From positions 97 to 64,096 of the forward strand of contig JAERTI010000020.1 in assembly GCA_016844925.1 (NCBI GenBank): a stretch of 64,000 nucleotides of DNA, written 5' to 3'. Origin of the DNA: Candidatus Uhrbacteria bacterium. GTDB taxonomy: Bacteria; Patescibacteriota; Patescibacteriia; UBA9934; GWF2-40-263. This document shows positions 25,014-35,557 of the stretch, one piece after another; the stretch's first letter is position 1; each line of letters begins with the position of its first letter. The notes under the pieces are model-generated. The model was given only the letters and a program-made list of their open reading frames with translations. It was not told the DNA's origin and made no database searches. The translations under genes were made by a program, and so were the position numbers.

Positions 25014-25643
25014 ATGTCTTTCATTATCGGACGAAAAATTGAAATGAGCCAGCAGTTTAAGGATGATGGGTCTGTTGTGCCTGTCACCTTGATTAAGGCT
25101 GAGCCAAACGTAGTTACACAGGTGTGTGAATCCAATGCAGGTGGTCATCGAACCGTTCAGGTTGGATTCGAAGTATCAACACGCTTGAATAAGCCAGAGG
25201 GTGGTCACTTAAAGGATCTCCCACAGGTAAGCACGCTTAAGGAATTTCGTGTTGGAAAAGATGAGGAATTCAACCGTGGTGACAATATTACTGTTGAAGC
25301 ATTCGAACCAGGAGTTCGCGTTGACGTAACGGGAGTTTCAAAGGGGCGTGGCTATGCAGGTGTTATGAAGCGTCACGGATTTAAGTGTGGACAAGCAACG
25401 CACGGAAACAAGGACCAGCAGAGAATGCCTGGATCTATTGCTTCTTTCCCGCAGGGAAAGGTGATTAAAGGAAAACGAATGTCAGGTCGCATGGGAAATG
25501 ACCGTGTAACAGTCAAAAATTTGGAAGTTGTTTCTATCGATCCAACGAATCACGTGATTGCCATTAAGGGAGCTGTCCCAGGTGCGCGTGGAGGACTTGT
25601 GATGATTAAGACCCGTGCAGGGAAAACCGTATGGCAAGCGTAA
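25014..25643 (+). CDS. rplC: 50S ribosomal protein L3
   Basis: IIGRKIEMSQQF start. S10-operon gene order. Confidence 0.9.
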   Translation: MSFIIGRKIEMSQQFKDDGSVVPVTLIKAEPNVVTQVCESNAGGHRTVQVGFEVSTRLNKPEGGHLKDLPQVSTLKEFRVGKDEEFNRGDNITVEAFEPGVRVDVTGVSKGRGYAGVMKRHGFKCGQATHGNKDQQRMPGSIASFPQGKVIKGKRMSGRMGNDRVTVKNLEVVSIDPTNHVIAIKGAVPGARGGLVMIKTRAGKTVWQA

Positions 25644-26266
25644 CACTCTACAAGATTGACGGATCACAACAGGGCACGCTTGAGCTGCCATCTGCATTGT
25701 TTGATGTGAAGGTGGAGCCAGCATTGGTTCACGAAGCCGTGGTTGCACAGAATGCTAACGCACGTGCGTCGATTGCTCACACAAAGACTCGTGGAGAAGT
25801 ACGAGGTGGTGGTCGAAAGCCATGGAAGCAGAAGGGAACTGGTCGTGCTCGACATGGATCACGCCGTTCACCAATCTGGTCCGGTGGTGGTATTACCTTC
25901 GGTCCTCGAAACATCCGGAATTTTTCTTTGAAGATGAATCGCAAGGCCCGACGTAAGGCTCTTGCTATGGTATTGACTGACAAACTGGCAAGCGAACGTT
26001 TCGTGGCAGTTGAGACTCTCTCATTGGAAGATGCAAAAACAAAGACATTGGCTAGTATTTTGGCAAAGCTTCCTGTTAGCGCAAAGAAGACTTTGATTGT
26101 GACAATGCCTGAGAATAAAAGCGTTTCCTTGGCAGCAAAAAACATTCCTGCAGTAGAAACAATTCCTGCAAATGCTCTGAATGTGGTTGACTTGTTGCGC
26201 TACGAGTATCTTCTGGTCACAAAAGATGCCGCGGAGTTTATTGGACAGCACTATAACCGAGCATAG
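25631..26266 (+). CDS. rplD: 50S ribosomal protein L4
   Basis: Operon position. RGGGRKPWKQKGTGRAR motif. Confidence 0.9.
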   Translation: MASVTLYKIDGSQQGTLELPSALFDVKVEPALVHEAVVAQNANARASIAHTKTRGEVRGGGRKPWKQKGTGRARHGSRRSPIWSGGGITFGPRNIRNFSLKMNRKARRKALAMVLTDKLASERFVAVETLSLEDAKTKTLASILAKLPVSAKKTLIVTMPENKSVSLAAKNIPAVETIPANALNVVDLLRYEYLLVTKDAAEFIGQHYNRA

Positions 26267-26268
26267 AT

Positions 26269-26685
26269 ATGGGTATCTTGAAACGTATCAAAAAGTCTGA
26301 TGCTGACACGAAGGCCACCGAAAAGAAGGTGGAGGCTGTGGCTGCAGCACCAAAGACTACAAAGAAAAAAGTTGCTTCAACAAAGAACAAGTCTTCAAAA
26401 GCAACGGAAACGAATGTCATCTTGAGACCACTTGTAACAGAGAAGACAGCGGTGTTAGCAAGTGCTGGAAAGTATGTATTTGTAGTAAGTTCTGGCGCAA
26501 ATCGTATTCAGGTAAAAACTGCTATTAAGGAAATGTTCGGCGTTGCTCCAACGTCCGTAAATATTCAGAATGTTCGCGGGAAGCGTGTGCGTTTTGGAAA
26601 GCGACGTGGAAAACGATCCGACTGGAAAAAGGCTGTTGTGAGTTTGCCAAAGGGTCAGAAAATTAATGTCTACGAAGGTGTTTAA
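26269..26685 (+). CDS. rplW: 50S ribosomal protein L23 with a Lys-rich N-terminal extension
   Basis: Operon position. Core [10 protein letters not shown]. Confidence 0.85.
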   Translation: MGILKRIKKSDADTKATEKKVEAVAAAPKTTKKKVASTKNKSSKATETNVILRPLVTEKTAVLASAGKYVFVVSSGANRIQVKTAIKEMFGVAPTSVNIQNVRGKRVRFGKRRGKRSDWKKAVVSLPKGQKINVYEGV

Positions 26686-26690
26686 ACGAT

Positions 26691-27539
26691 ATGGGAGTTA
26701 AGCGATATAAACCAACAACCCCAGGGCGTCGCATTTCAAGCGTGGACGATTTTTCTGATGTGACAAAGTCATCTCCAGAGAAAAAGTTGACCATTAAGAA
26801 AAAGAAGCACTCTGGACGCACTAAGGGAAAGATTACCGTGCGACATCGTGGAGGCGGAGCAAAGCGCCGCATTCGACTTGTCGACTACAAGCGAGAAAAG
26901 TTTGATGTTCCGGCAAAGGTTGCGGCCATCGAGTACGACCCAAACCGTGGAGCACGACTCGCCTTACTACACTATGCAGATGGTGAGAAGCGTTACATGG
27001 TTGCACCAATAGGTTTGAAGGTCGGTGACTCTGTTGTGTCTTCAATGAAGCGGGGTGAGATCCAGACAGGGAACCGTTATAAGCTGGAGGACATCCCTGT
27101 TGGTATGCAGATCTACAACATCGAGCTCAAGCCTGGCAAAGGTGGGCAAATCGTTCGTGGAGCTGGTACATCGGCTCAACTAATGGCGATCGATGGATCA
27201 TATGCAACTGTACGGCTTCCATCTGGTGAGGTGCGAATGGTGCCAAAACTCTGTATGGCAACGCTTGGACAGACATCTAATCCAGATCGACGTCTGATTC
27301 GATGGGGTAAGGCTGGACGTACACGTCACCGAGGCATTCGTCCAACAGTTCGTGGTAAAGCCATGAACCCAGTTGATCACCCTCATGGTGGTGGAGAAGG
27401 AGCTAACCCAATTGGATTGAAGCGACCAAAGACTCCAACAGGTAAACCTGCGTTGGGAGTGAAGACACGTCGAAAGCGAGCATCAGATAAACTGATCATC
27501 AAACGTCGAAAGAAAGGACGATTTGTAGGCGGAAAATAA
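26691..27539 (+). CDS. rplB: 50S ribosomal protein L2
   Basis: [13 protein letters not shown] motif. Confidence 0.95.
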   Translation: MGVKRYKPTTPGRRISSVDDFSDVTKSSPEKKLTIKKKKHSGRTKGKITVRHRGGGAKRRIRLVDYKREKFDVPAKVAAIEYDPNRGARLALLHYADGEKRYMVAPIGLKVGDSVVSSMKRGEIQTGNRYKLEDIPVGMQIYNIELKPGKGGQIVRGAGTSAQLMAIDGSYATVRLPSGEVRMVPKLCMATLGQTSNPDRRLIRWGKAGRTRHRGIRPTVRGKAMNPVDHPHGGGEGANPIGLKRPKTPTGKPALGVKTRRKRASDKLIIKRRKKGRFVGGK

Positions 27540-27540
27540 T

Positions 27541-27807
27541 ATGGCACGAAGCTTGAAAAAAGGACCTTACGTCCACCCAAAACTACTCAAAAAAATCGCT
27601 GCGCGTAAGCCAGGCGAAGGGGCTCCTATTAAAACATGGGCGCGTTCTTCGACGATTACTCCAGAAATGGTTGGCTTTACCTTCGCGGTACATAACGGAA
27701 GAGATTTTATTTCTGTGCGAGTGGTTGAGAATATGGTCGGGCACAAGCTTGGGGAATTTTCTCCAACGCGAAAGTTTGTTCGACATGGTGGTAAAGCTAA
27801 GGGTTAA
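27541..27807 (+). CDS. rpsS: 30S ribosomal protein S19
   Basis: [11 protein letters not shown]... Confidence 0.95.
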   Translation: MARSLKKGPYVHPKLLKKIAARKPGEGAPIKTWARSSTITPEMVGFTFAVHNGRDFISVRVVENMVGHKLGEFSPTRKFVRHGGKAKG

Positions 27808-27811
27808 TACT

Positions 27812-28216
27812 ATGGAAGTTAAAGCAAAAGCACGATTCATTCGCATGTCGCCACGAAAAGTTCGTTTGGTGGTAGATTTGGTTCGAGGAATGACAGTTAA
27901 GGAGGCACAATCTCAGCTGAAGTTCATGAAGAAAGCTGCGGCAGTGCCTGTATCAAAGCTGCTCAATTCGGCTGTGGCAAATGCCGTCCACAACTTTAAC
28001 CTGGATGCGCAGAATCTCTACATCAAGGAAATTCTTGCAGATGGTGGGCCTGTCTTGGGTCGCTGGAGAGCGCGTGCGTTCGGACGAGCGGCACCTATTC
28101 GTAAGCGAACCACGCATATCTCGATCACACTTGATGAGAAGGAGGTCGCTCCAGCAAAGATTGCTAAAGTAGCAAAGCAGGCAAAAAAAGAATCCGCTAA
28201 GACCCCAACCAACTAA
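27812..28216 (+). CDS. rplV: 50S ribosomal protein L22
   Basis: MEVKAKARFIRMSPRKVRLV... The start was moved to the internal ATG at 27812. Confidence 0.85.
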   Translation: MEVKAKARFIRMSPRKVRLVVDLVRGMTVKEAQSQLKFMKKAAAVPVSKLLNSAVANAVHNFNLDAQNLYIKEILADGGPVLGRWRARAFGRAAPIRKRTTHISITLDEKEVAPAKIAKVAKQAKKESAKTPTN

Positions 28217-28224
28217 CCAACCCT

Positions 28225-28872
28225 ATGGGACAGAAAGTACATCCAAAAGTATTCCGAATCGGCATCATCCGTGGATGGGACGGGGTTTGGTTTGCAAACA
28301 AGAAGAACTTCAAAAACCTACTCTCAGAAGATGTTGGTATCCGTGATTTCTTGAAGAAGAAGTTGAAGGATGCATTGGTAGATCGGATTGAAATTGAGCG
28401 ATCTCGTCAAGAGGTTCGTTTAATCATCCATTCCGCAAAGCCGGGTATTATTATCGGGCGTGGTGGTGCAGGTATTGAGGAGCTTACAAAGGCTCTCAAG
28501 AAACGTTTCTTCCGTGGTCGCCGAACAAAGCTCAGTATCAACGTGAAGGAAATTCAAAAGCCATCCCTTTCAGCTCAAGTGATTGCTCAGCAGATTGCCA
28601 CAGATATTGAAAAACGAATGCCATTCCGTCGTGTGATGAAGATGGCACGTGATCGTGTCCTTAAGGCTGGTGCGAAGGGGGTAAAGATTTCTGTTGGTGG
28701 CCGTTTGAATGGTGCTGATATTGCGCGAACCGAAACGGTTTCTCAAGGAAAGATTCCTCTTCACAATCTTCGTTCAGATATTGATTTTGCTTCTGTGATG
28801 GCACGAACCATTTGGGGAGCTATCGGAGTGAAGGTTTGGATTAACCGTGGTGAAGTCTTCGAGAAGAAATAA
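28225..28872 (+). CDS. rpsC: 30S ribosomal protein S3
   Basis: [14 protein letters not shown]... Confidence 0.95.
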   Translation: MGQKVHPKVFRIGIIRGWDGVWFANKKNFKNLLSEDVGIRDFLKKKLKDALVDRIEIERSRQEVRLIIHSAKPGIIIGRGGAGIEELTKALKKRFFRGRRTKLSINVKEIQKPSLSAQVIAQQIATDIEKRMPFRRVMKMARDRVLKAGAKGVKISVGGRLNGADIARTETVSQGKIPLHNLRSDIDFASVMARTIWGAIGVKVWINRGEVFEKK

Positions 28873-28879
28873 ACTGACT

Positions 28880-29299
28880 ATGCTGATTCCAAAGAAAGTA
28901 AAACATCGAAAGTGGCATAAGGGTCGTGGACGAGGAAAGCGCATCGCTACTCGCAAAACCACACTCGCTTTTGGCACAATCGGTTTGAAGGCTACTACCG
29001 AGGCTTGGGTTACTTCCCGTCAGATTGAGGCTGCACGTCGAGCTATGACACGTGCCGTAAAGCGTGGTGGTAAGATTTGGATTCGTATTTTTCCTAACAA
29101 GCCCGTAACGGCAAAAGGATCGGAGATGCCTATGGGTAAGGGAAAAGGTGCTGTAGATCATTATGTCAGCGTTGTACGCCCAGGAACGGTACTCTTTGAG
29201 ATGGCTGGTGTTGATGAAGAGTTGGCACGAAAAGCTTTGACACTGGCGGCTCACAAGCTTCCGGTGAAGTGGAAGATTGTTACTCGAGACATGATGTAA
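28880..29299 (+). CDS. rplP: 50S ribosomal protein L16
   Basis: [11 protein letters not shown]... Confidence 0.9.
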   Translation: MLIPKKVKHRKWHKGRGRGKRIATRKTTLAFGTIGLKATTEAWVTSRQIEAARRAMTRAVKRGGKIWIRIFPNKPVTAKGSEMPMGKGKGAVDHYVSVVRPGTVLFEMAGVDEELARKALTLAAHKLPVKWKIVTRDMM

Positions 29300-29303
29300 G
29301 TAT

Positions 29304-29510
29304 ATGACGGCAAAAGTACTAAACGACAAATCCGTAAATGCTCTAGAGAAGGAGCTTGAAGAAGCAGTGAGCCACTTAAAAGAGCTCCGCTTCAAGATTT
29401 CAGCAAACCAGCTGAAGAACGTACGTGACGTGCGTAAGACACGTCAGACCATTTCACGGATCCGAACTATCCTCGCTCAGAAGAAGCGAGAAGCTGAACA
29501 GCAGAACTAA
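29304..29510 (+). CDS. rpmC: 50S ribosomal protein L29
   Basis: Operon position, 68 aa, helical and K/E-rich. Confidence 0.8.
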   Translation: MTAKVLNDKSVNALEKELEEAVSHLKELRFKISANQLKNVRDVRKTRQTISRIRTILAQKKREAEQQN

Positions 29511-29514
29511 TTGT

Positions 29515-29763
29515 ATGACTACTCAAACCATTAAACGAAAACTGACCGGAACTGTCGTCTCAACAAAGATGGACAAGACGATTGTGGTAAGCGTAGATCG
29601 TACGGTTGTGCATCCGAAGTACGGGAAGCGTTACGTGCAGAGCCGGAAGTATCATGTTCACGATGAGCACGGTGCCTATAAGGTTGGAGAGAAGGTAACC
29701 TTTCAGCAGTGTCGACCCTATTCTAAAACCAAGTGCTGGCGAGTGCTAAGCAAACAAGCATAG
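29515..29763 (+). CDS. rpsQ: 30S ribosomal protein S17
   Basis: [19 protein letters not shown]... Confidence 0.85.
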   Translation: MTTQTIKRKLTGTVVSTKMDKTIVVSVDRTVVHPKYGKRYVQSRKYHVHDEHGAYKVGEKVTFQQCRPYSKTKCWRVLSKQA

Positions 29764-29767
29764 ACGT

Positions 29768-30139
29768 ATGGTTCAGAATCAATCAATGCTAAAAGTAGCG
29801 GATAATAGCGGGGCCAAGAGGCTCATGGTTATTCGAGTACTTGGTGGATATCGCAAGCGATACGCAGGGATTGGCGATATTGTAACTGCCACCGTTAAAG
29901 AGGCGATCCCGCACGGCAACATCAAGAAAAGTGACATTGTTACAGCAGTAATTGTACGCACTCGAAAAGAAACCCGCCGTGATAATGGGACATACATCCG
30001 TTTTGATGAGAATGCAGCTGTGATTATCGATAAGAAGTCAAAGGAACCAAAGGGTACACGTATCTTTGGGCCGGTTGCACGCGAACTCCGTTCATTGGGG
30101 TATAAAAAGATTATTTCTCTGGCCCCTGAGGTCCTCTAG
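29768..30139 (+). CDS. rplN: 50S ribosomal protein L14
   Basis: [17 protein letters not shown]... Confidence 0.95.
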   Translation: MVQNQSMLKVADNSGAKRLMVIRVLGGYRKRYAGIGDIVTATVKEAIPHGNIKKSDIVTAVIVRTRKETRRDNGTYIRFDENAAVIIDKKSKEPKGTRIFGPVARELRSLGYKKIISLAPEVL

Positions 30140-30143
30140 ATCT

Positions 30144-30467
30144 ATGAAGATTAAGACAGGCGACAACGTCCGAATTCTTTCGGGAAAAGATAAGGGAAAG
30201 CAGGGAAAGGTTCTTCAGGTATTTCCAAAACTGAACCGTGTGGTGGTTGATGGTTTAAACATGTTGACCAAGCACCTTCGTTCTCAGGGAGACCGTCCAG
30301 GACAAAAGATTCAGTTTCCTGCGCCACTACACGTTTCTAATGTACAGCTTGTTTCCTCTAAGAGCGGAACTTCTGGGCGTGTGGGGTACAAAATTATTGA
30401 AAAGGATGGTAAGCGAAGTAAGATTCGCGTGATCCGTTCAAAGGGTCAGTCAGAGGATATCGAATAA
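30144..30467 (+). CDS. rplX: 50S ribosomal protein L24
   Basis: MKIKTGDNVRILSGKDKGKQGKV (KOW motif). Confidence 0.9.
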   Translation: MKIKTGDNVRILSGKDKGKQGKVLQVFPKLNRVVVDGLNMLTKHLRSQGDRPGQKIQFPAPLHVSNVQLVSSKSGTSGRVGYKIIEKDGKRSKIRVIRSKGQSEDIE

Positions 30468-30471
30468 TATT

Positions 30472-31014
30472 ATGGCTTTTAAAGCGTTTTACAAACAAGA
30501 AGTTGTTCCAAAACTCACTGAAGAGTTTGGTTTTGAGAACATCAATGCTGTTCCAACGATCAAGTCGATTACCTTGAATGTAGGTCTCGGGTCTGGATTG
30601 AAGGATGCAAAGTTCATTGAAACAGCAGAGAACACATTAACGCGCATTTCGGGGCAAAAGCCTGTTATGACCAAAGCCAGAAAGTCAATTGCTGGATTCA
30701 AGATTCGAGAAGGAAACGTGGTTGGCATGAAGGTGACGCTGAGAGGTGAGCGAATGTGGAACTTCTTGGAAAAGCTCATCAAGGTGTCGTTGCCACGTGT
30801 ACGAGACTTCCGTGGCCTTTCCCCAAACGCCTTTGATGGTCAAGGGAACTATTCAATGGGATTCAAAGAGCACATGGCTTTTCCAGAGATTCGCAGTGAC
30901 GAGATTGAACAGGTTCATGGATTGCAGGTGACCATCGCTACGACAGCGACAGACGATGAACAAGCTCGATCACTCCTCACACATCTTGGACTTCCACTCA
31001 AAAAGCAGGCATAA
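30472..31014 (+). CDS. rplE: 50S ribosomal protein L5
   Basis: Operon position, 180 aa. Confidence 0.9.
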   Translation: MAFKAFYKQEVVPKLTEEFGFENINAVPTIKSITLNVGLGSGLKDAKFIETAENTLTRISGQKPVMTKARKSIAGFKIREGNVVGMKVTLRGERMWNFLEKLIKVSLPRVRDFRGLSPNAFDGQGNYSMGFKEHMAFPEIRSDEIEQVHGLQVTIATTATDDEQARSLLTHLGLPLKKQA

Positions 31015-31017
31015 CCT

Positions 31018-31203
31018 ATGGCAACCCAAAATCAAATTGCTAAATCAAAGAAGCGGCCAAAGTTCTCAACGCGAACAGTGAATCGTTGCTGGCGTTGTGG
31101 GCGAAACCGTGGGTACATGCGCGCGTTTGGCGTGTGCCGTATCTGTTTCCGAGAGCTTGCGAACCGAGGGGAAATTCCTGGTGTAAGAAAATCAAGTTGG
31201 TAG
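31018..31203 (+). CDS. rpsZ: 30S ribosomal protein S14, Zn-ribbon type (type Z, 61 aa)
   Basis: [20 protein letters not shown] (C4 zinc ribbon). Confidence 0.9.
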   Translation: MATQNQIAKSKKRPKFSTRTVNRCWRCGRNRGYMRAFGVCRICFRELANRGEIPGVRKSSW

Positions 31204-31204
31204 T

Positions 31205-31597
31205 ATGATGACCGATCCAATTTCAGACATGTTGACACGCATTCGTAATGCGCAGATGGTCCGTAAATCTGACGTGTCTTTACCTTACTCAAAATTGAAG
31301 TTCGCTCTAGCTAAGCTCTTGGAGAAAGAGGGTTATGTTGGAAAAGTGGAGCGTACGGAAGTGGCAAAGTTCCCGGAACTTCGCATTGAGCTTAGTTACG
31401 AGGGCAAGGCCCCAAAGATTCAGACGGTTCGACGCGTGAGCCGACCTGGACGTCGCGTATATGCTAAATATACGGAACTTCCACGAGTACTTTCAGATTT
31501 CGGAATTGCTATCATCTCAACACCGAACGGAATGATGACTAACAAGGAGGCTCGAGCCCGACATCTTGGGGGAGAGGTTATTTGTGAGATTTCATAA
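31205..31597 (+). CDS. rpsH: 30S ribosomal protein S8
   Basis: MTDPISDMLTRIRNA... Confidence 0.95.
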   Translation: MMTDPISDMLTRIRNAQMVRKSDVSLPYSKLKFALAKLLEKEGYVGKVERTEVAKFPELRIELSYEGKAPKIQTVRRVSRPGRRVYAKYTELPRVLSDFGIAIISTPNGMMTNKEARARHLGGEVICEIS

Positions 31598-31599
31598 GT

Positions 31600-32157
31600 A
31601 TGTCACGAGTTGGAAAAAAACCAGTAATCATCCCACAGGGCGTTGACGTCACCATTGATGGAAATACCGTGTCGGTAAAAGGCCCAAAAGGACAGCTCTC
31701 TGAGAGTCTGAACAGTGCTGTTTCAATTGAGCTTTCTGATACTGATGGCGCAAAAGCTGTTGGAGTATCTGTGGTGAATGAGAACGATAAGAATGAGCGT
31801 TCCCAATGGGGAACAGCAAGAGCTTTGATTGCCAACATGGTGGCAGGTGTCTCTGAAGGGTTCTCTAAGCAATTAGAGGTAAACGGTGTTGGATACCGCG
31901 TAAGCCTTTCTGGACGTGTATTGGTCCTGAATGTTGGTTACTCTCATGAGGTACGTTTCGAACTTCCAGAAGGCATTGATGCACAAGTTGAAGGAAATGT
32001 TATTACGATTACCGGCGCAAGTAAGCATCTCGTTGGAGAGGTAGCTGATAACATTCGAAAGATCCGTAAGCCAGAGCCTTACAAGGGTAAGGGTATTAAA
32101 TATGTCGATGAGGTCATCCGCCGAAAGGCAGGAAAGACTCAGAAGGCAGGTGAATAG
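31600..32157 (+). CDS. rplF: 50S ribosomal protein L6
   Basis: MSRVGKKPVIIPQGVDV... Confidence 0.9.
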   Translation: MSRVGKKPVIIPQGVDVTIDGNTVSVKGPKGQLSESLNSAVSIELSDTDGAKAVGVSVVNENDKNERSQWGTARALIANMVAGVSEGFSKQLEVNGVGYRVSLSGRVLVLNVGYSHEVRFELPEGIDAQVEGNVITITGASKHLVGEVADNIRKIRKPEPYKGKGIKYVDEVIRRKAGKTQKAGE

Positions 32158-32160
32158 TCT

Positions 32161-32511
32161 ATGAACTCCTCTAGCAAATTGCGCGCTGCAAAGCGCCGAG
32201 CCAATCGAACGCGCGCCCGACTGCACGGGACAAGCGAACGTCCACGTATGACCGTGACACGTTCTCTTAAGCATGTTTACGTTCAGCTTGTTGATGATGA
32301 TAAGGGTGTAACTGTAGCAGCAGCATCTGATAAGGATGTCACTGTAAAAGGTAAACCAGTTGAGATTGCTCAAGCTGTAGGTGCATTGATTGCCGAAAAA
32401 GCAAAGGCTGCAGGTCTAAGTCAGGCGATCTTTGATCGTGGGAGCTACCGTTTTCACGGTCGCGTCGCTGCGATTGCTGAAGGAGCCCGTGAAGCTGGGT
32501 TGAAAATCTAA
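32161..32511 (+). CDS. rplR: 50S ribosomal protein L18
   Basis: Operon position. RLHGTSERPRMTV. Confidence 0.85.
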   Translation: MNSSSKLRAAKRRANRTRARLHGTSERPRMTVTRSLKHVYVQLVDDDKGVTVAAASDKDVTVKGKPVEIAQAVGALIAEKAKAAGLSQAIFDRGSYRFHGRVAAIAEGAREAGLKI

Positions 32512-32515
32512 ACGT

Positions 32516-33142
32516 ATGGCTGAACAAACAAAGACAACACAGAAGCAGAGTAACAACCGCTCACGGGGTGGTGACCACAGAAAGGGTCGCGGTCGTGGTC
32601 GCGGACGTCGTCCGGAGCGAGCTCCTCGTGAGTTCGAACAGAAGATTTTGGACCTCGCACGCGTAACACGTGTGACAGCTGGTGGAAAGCGCATGTCTTT
32701 CCGTTGTGCCTTGGTGATTGGTGATAAGAAAGGTCGTGTTGGATTTGGTGTAGCCAAAGGTGCAGACGTTCAGATCGCTATTGAGAAAGCCTACAAGCAG
32801 GCCAAAAAGAATGTCATTACGGTTCCACTCGTGAATGAGACGATCCCACATGTGGTCCGAGTGAAGTTTGGTGCGGCTCAGGTCCTGCTTAAGCCAGCTC
32901 CTGCCGGTACTGGACTGAAGGCTGGTGGAGCAATGCGTATGGTTCTGGAATTCGCTGGTGTTCCAAATGCTGTTTCAAAAATTTTGAATTCATCCAACAA
33001 GATCAACATCGCCAAAGCTACCCTTGAGGCTATTAAGCAGCTTCGAACTACTGAGAAGCCTGTCAGCAAGACGGCTCCAGCAGCAAAGGTAGAGAAAGGA
33101 GATGCAGAGGTTGTTGCTGATAAAGAGACAACCAAAGAATAG
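32516..33142 (+). CDS. rpsE: 30S ribosomal protein S5 (basic N-terminal extension)
   Basis: Core VTRVTAGGKRMSFRCALVIGD. Followed directly by rplO. Confidence 0.9.
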   Translation: MAEQTKTTQKQSNNRSRGGDHRKGRGRGRGRRPERAPREFEQKILDLARVTRVTAGGKRMSFRCALVIGDKKGRVGFGVAKGADVQIAIEKAYKQAKKNVITVPLVNETIPHVVRVKFGAAQVLLKPAPAGTGLKAGGAMRMVLEFAGVPNAVSKILNSSNKINIAKATLEAIKQLRTTEKPVSKTAPAAKVEKGDAEVVADKETTKE

Positions 33143-33144
33143 GT

Positions 33145-33591
33145 ATGCCGCTTACATTAAATACAATTCATCCTAAAAAGGGTTCACGCAAGGCGAAGAA
33201 GCGCGTGGGACGTGGTTTGGCTTCCACGGGTCGTTACAGTGGCCGTGGTATTAAGGGTCAGCGTTCACGTTCAGGTGGAAAATCTGGTCTTGCTCTGAAG
33301 GGAATCCGTCAGATCATGCTTGCTATCCCTAAGAAAAAGGGATTTAAGAGCGGTCGACCAAAGGCACAGGTTGTGAATGTGGCCATGCTTAACCGTCACT
33401 TCAAACCTGGAGTAAAGGTAACGCCAAAGCTCCTTGTTCAAAAAGAGCTTATCTCAAACGCAACAGACCCCGTGAAGATCTTGGGTACCGGTTCTATCGC
33501 TATTGCCATCACACTTACAGATTGCAAGGTTTCTGACTCGGCCAAGAAAAAGATTGAGGACGCGGGTGGTACCGTAATCATTTCCAAATAA
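33145..33591 (+). CDS. rplO: 50S ribosomal protein L15
   Basis: GRGLASTGRYSGRGIKGQRSRSGG... Confidence 0.9.
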   Translation: MPLTLNTIHPKKGSRKAKKRVGRGLASTGRYSGRGIKGQRSRSGGKSGLALKGIRQIMLAIPKKKGFKSGRPKAQVVNVAMLNRHFKPGVKVTPKLLVQKELISNATDPVKILGTGSIAIAITLTDCKVSDSAKKKIEDAGGTVIISK

Positions 33592-33601
33592 CGTTCGTCT
33601 T

Positions 33602-34864
33602 ATGAACACGCTCCTTCGCATCTGGAAAGTGAAAGAGGTGCGCAACAGCATTCTCTTTATCATTGCCATGCTGATGATTTTCCGAGTCACAGCACATATT
33701 CCTGTACCGGGCGTAGATGCGAATGCCCTGAAGGATATCTTTGGTGGAAACCAGTTCTTTGGACTCTTGAATATCTTCTCTGGGGGTACTCTTGAAAGCT
33801 TCTCTGTAGTGGCCATGGGAGTGATGCCTTACATTACTTCCTCGATTATCTTCCAGTTGCTGGGCATGATTGTTCCTCAAATTGAGGAGATGCAGAAAGA
33901 AGAGCAGGGACGTCAGAAAATCAACCAGTGGACCCGTTTGGCCACAATTCCTCTGGCAGCTATTCAGGGATATGGTCTTATTCTGCTTCTTTCTCAGCAA
34001 GGAAACTTCTTTACCAGCACCAGTCCTTGGATGACCTTGTTTGCCATTGTGAGTATGACAACGGGAACAATGTTCCTGATGTGGATTGGAGAACTTATTT
34101 CTGAGAAGAACATTGGAAACGGTATTTCCATTCTGATTCTTGCTGGAATCATTGCGGGATTGCCAACCTTCTTGAGTCAGTCACTGTCAATTTACGATAA
34201 GAGCCAGCTCGTGACATTGATTCTATTCTTGGTTGCAACGATCATTACAGTGGTCAGCATCGTGATCATGAACGAGGCGCAGAGAAACATTCCTGTTCAG
34301 TACGCTCGTCACATGCGAGGTTCTCGGCTCTCTGGTTCGGTGAGTTCACATATCCCACTTCGTTTGAATATGGGTGGCGTGATTCCTATCATCTTTGCTA
34401 TCTCGATTGTCTTGTTCCCAACGATGATTGCTCAGTTTTTCATCAATGCACGGACAGAGTGGTTGCGTGAACTTGCAACATGGACACTGCAGATTTTCCA
34501 GAACCAGCTGTTCTACGGAGCGATTTACTTCCTGCTCGTATTCTTGTTTGCCTACTTCTACACAGCCGTGATTTTTCACCCAGATCAAGTTGCGGAAAAC
34601 ATTCAGAAGCAAGGTGGATTTATTCCAGGCATCAGACCTGGTAAGCAGACAGCTGACTATCTTGGTTGGGTTGTGAACCGATTGCTCTTTGTTGGAGCGA
34701 CCTTCCTTTCTCTGGTAGCTGTGCTCCCACTTATTGTTCAGCAGTTCACAGGGAACGCCTCGCTGGTGATTGGTGGAACTTCTATCCTGATTATCGTCGC
34801 GGTGGTGATCGATTCGGTCAAGCAGGTTGAGTCGCAACTGACTATGCGTGAGTACGATGTCTAA
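33602..34864 (+). CDS. secY: Preprotein translocase subunit SecY
   Basis: 10-TM protein in the canonical position. Confidence 0.9.
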   Translation: MNTLLRIWKVKEVRNSILFIIAMLMIFRVTAHIPVPGVDANALKDIFGGNQFFGLLNIFSGGTLESFSVVAMGVMPYITSSIIFQLLGMIVPQIEEMQKEEQGRQKINQWTRLATIPLAAIQGYGLILLLSQQGNFFTSTSPWMTLFAIVSMTTGTMFLMWIGELISEKNIGNGISILILAGIIAGLPTFLSQSLSIYDKSQLVTLILFLVATIITVVSIVIMNEAQRNIPVQYARHMRGSRLSGSVSSHIPLRLNMGGVIPIIFAISIVLFPTMIAQFFINARTEWLRELATWTLQIFQNQLFYGAIYFLLVFLFAYFYTAVIFHPDQVAENIQKQGGFIPGIRPGKQTADYLGWVVNRLLFVGATFLSLVAVLPLIVQQFTGNASLVIGGTSILIIVAVVIDSVKQVESQLTMREYDV

Positions 34865-34937
34865 AGTAAAAACCGATCCGAAAGGGTCGGTTTTTTGGTC
34901 TCGACGTTCAGTATCTGTCTGTTATACTAGGGGTCGT

Positions 34938-35555
34938 ATGCAATATAAAATTCTATTGATGGGTCCACAGGGAAGTGGAAAGGGGACACAGGCTGAGATT
35001 CTTTCTGAGCGATTGGGAATTCCTGCGTTTGGCATGGGACAGCTCCTTCGTGATGAAATTGCTTCAGGTTCTGATTTGGGAAATAAGTTTGACGAGATTT
35101 TAAAGAGAGGTGATCTGGTGTCTGATGAGGATGCTGCCTTGATGCTTCAGCGTCGGTTGGCAAAACCAGATACTGAACAAGGGTACATCCTTGATGGCTA
35201 CCCTCGTAATTTGTCGCAGTACGCAGCTTTCGATTTTGATGTGCCGACACACGTTCTTGTGATTGACATTCCGCGAGAGGAGTCTCTCAAGCGGCTTGGA
35301 GGGCGACTGACATGTCGCGGGTGCGGTAAGGTTGGTTCTGTGAGTGACGAGTTAAAAGCTGGTGATGCCTGTGATTGTGGTGGTGAATGGTATCAGCGTG
35401 ATGACGATACACCCACGGCCATCACTCGACGTTTGGAGATCTATGAGAATGATACCGCTCCTGTCATTGAGAAATATGCTGAGACGGTGAAGCATATTAA
35501 CGGCGTCGGAAGCATTGAGGATATTTCAGAGAGAATTGAAAACGTACTTTCATAG
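34938..35555 (+). CDS. adk: Adenylate kinase (zinc-lid type)
   Basis: P-loop GPQGSGKGTQA. Lid CRGCG...CDCGG. Confidence 0.9.
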   Translation: MQYKILLMGPQGSGKGTQAEILSERLGIPAFGMGQLLRDEIASGSDLGNKFDEILKRGDLVSDEDAALMLQRRLAKPDTEQGYILDGYPRNLSQYAAFDFDVPTHVLVIDIPREESLKRLGGRLTCRGCGKVGSVSDELKAGDACDCGGEWYQRDDDTPTAITRRLEIYENDTAPVIEKYAETVKHINGVGSIEDISERIENVLS

Positions 35556-35557
35556 TT

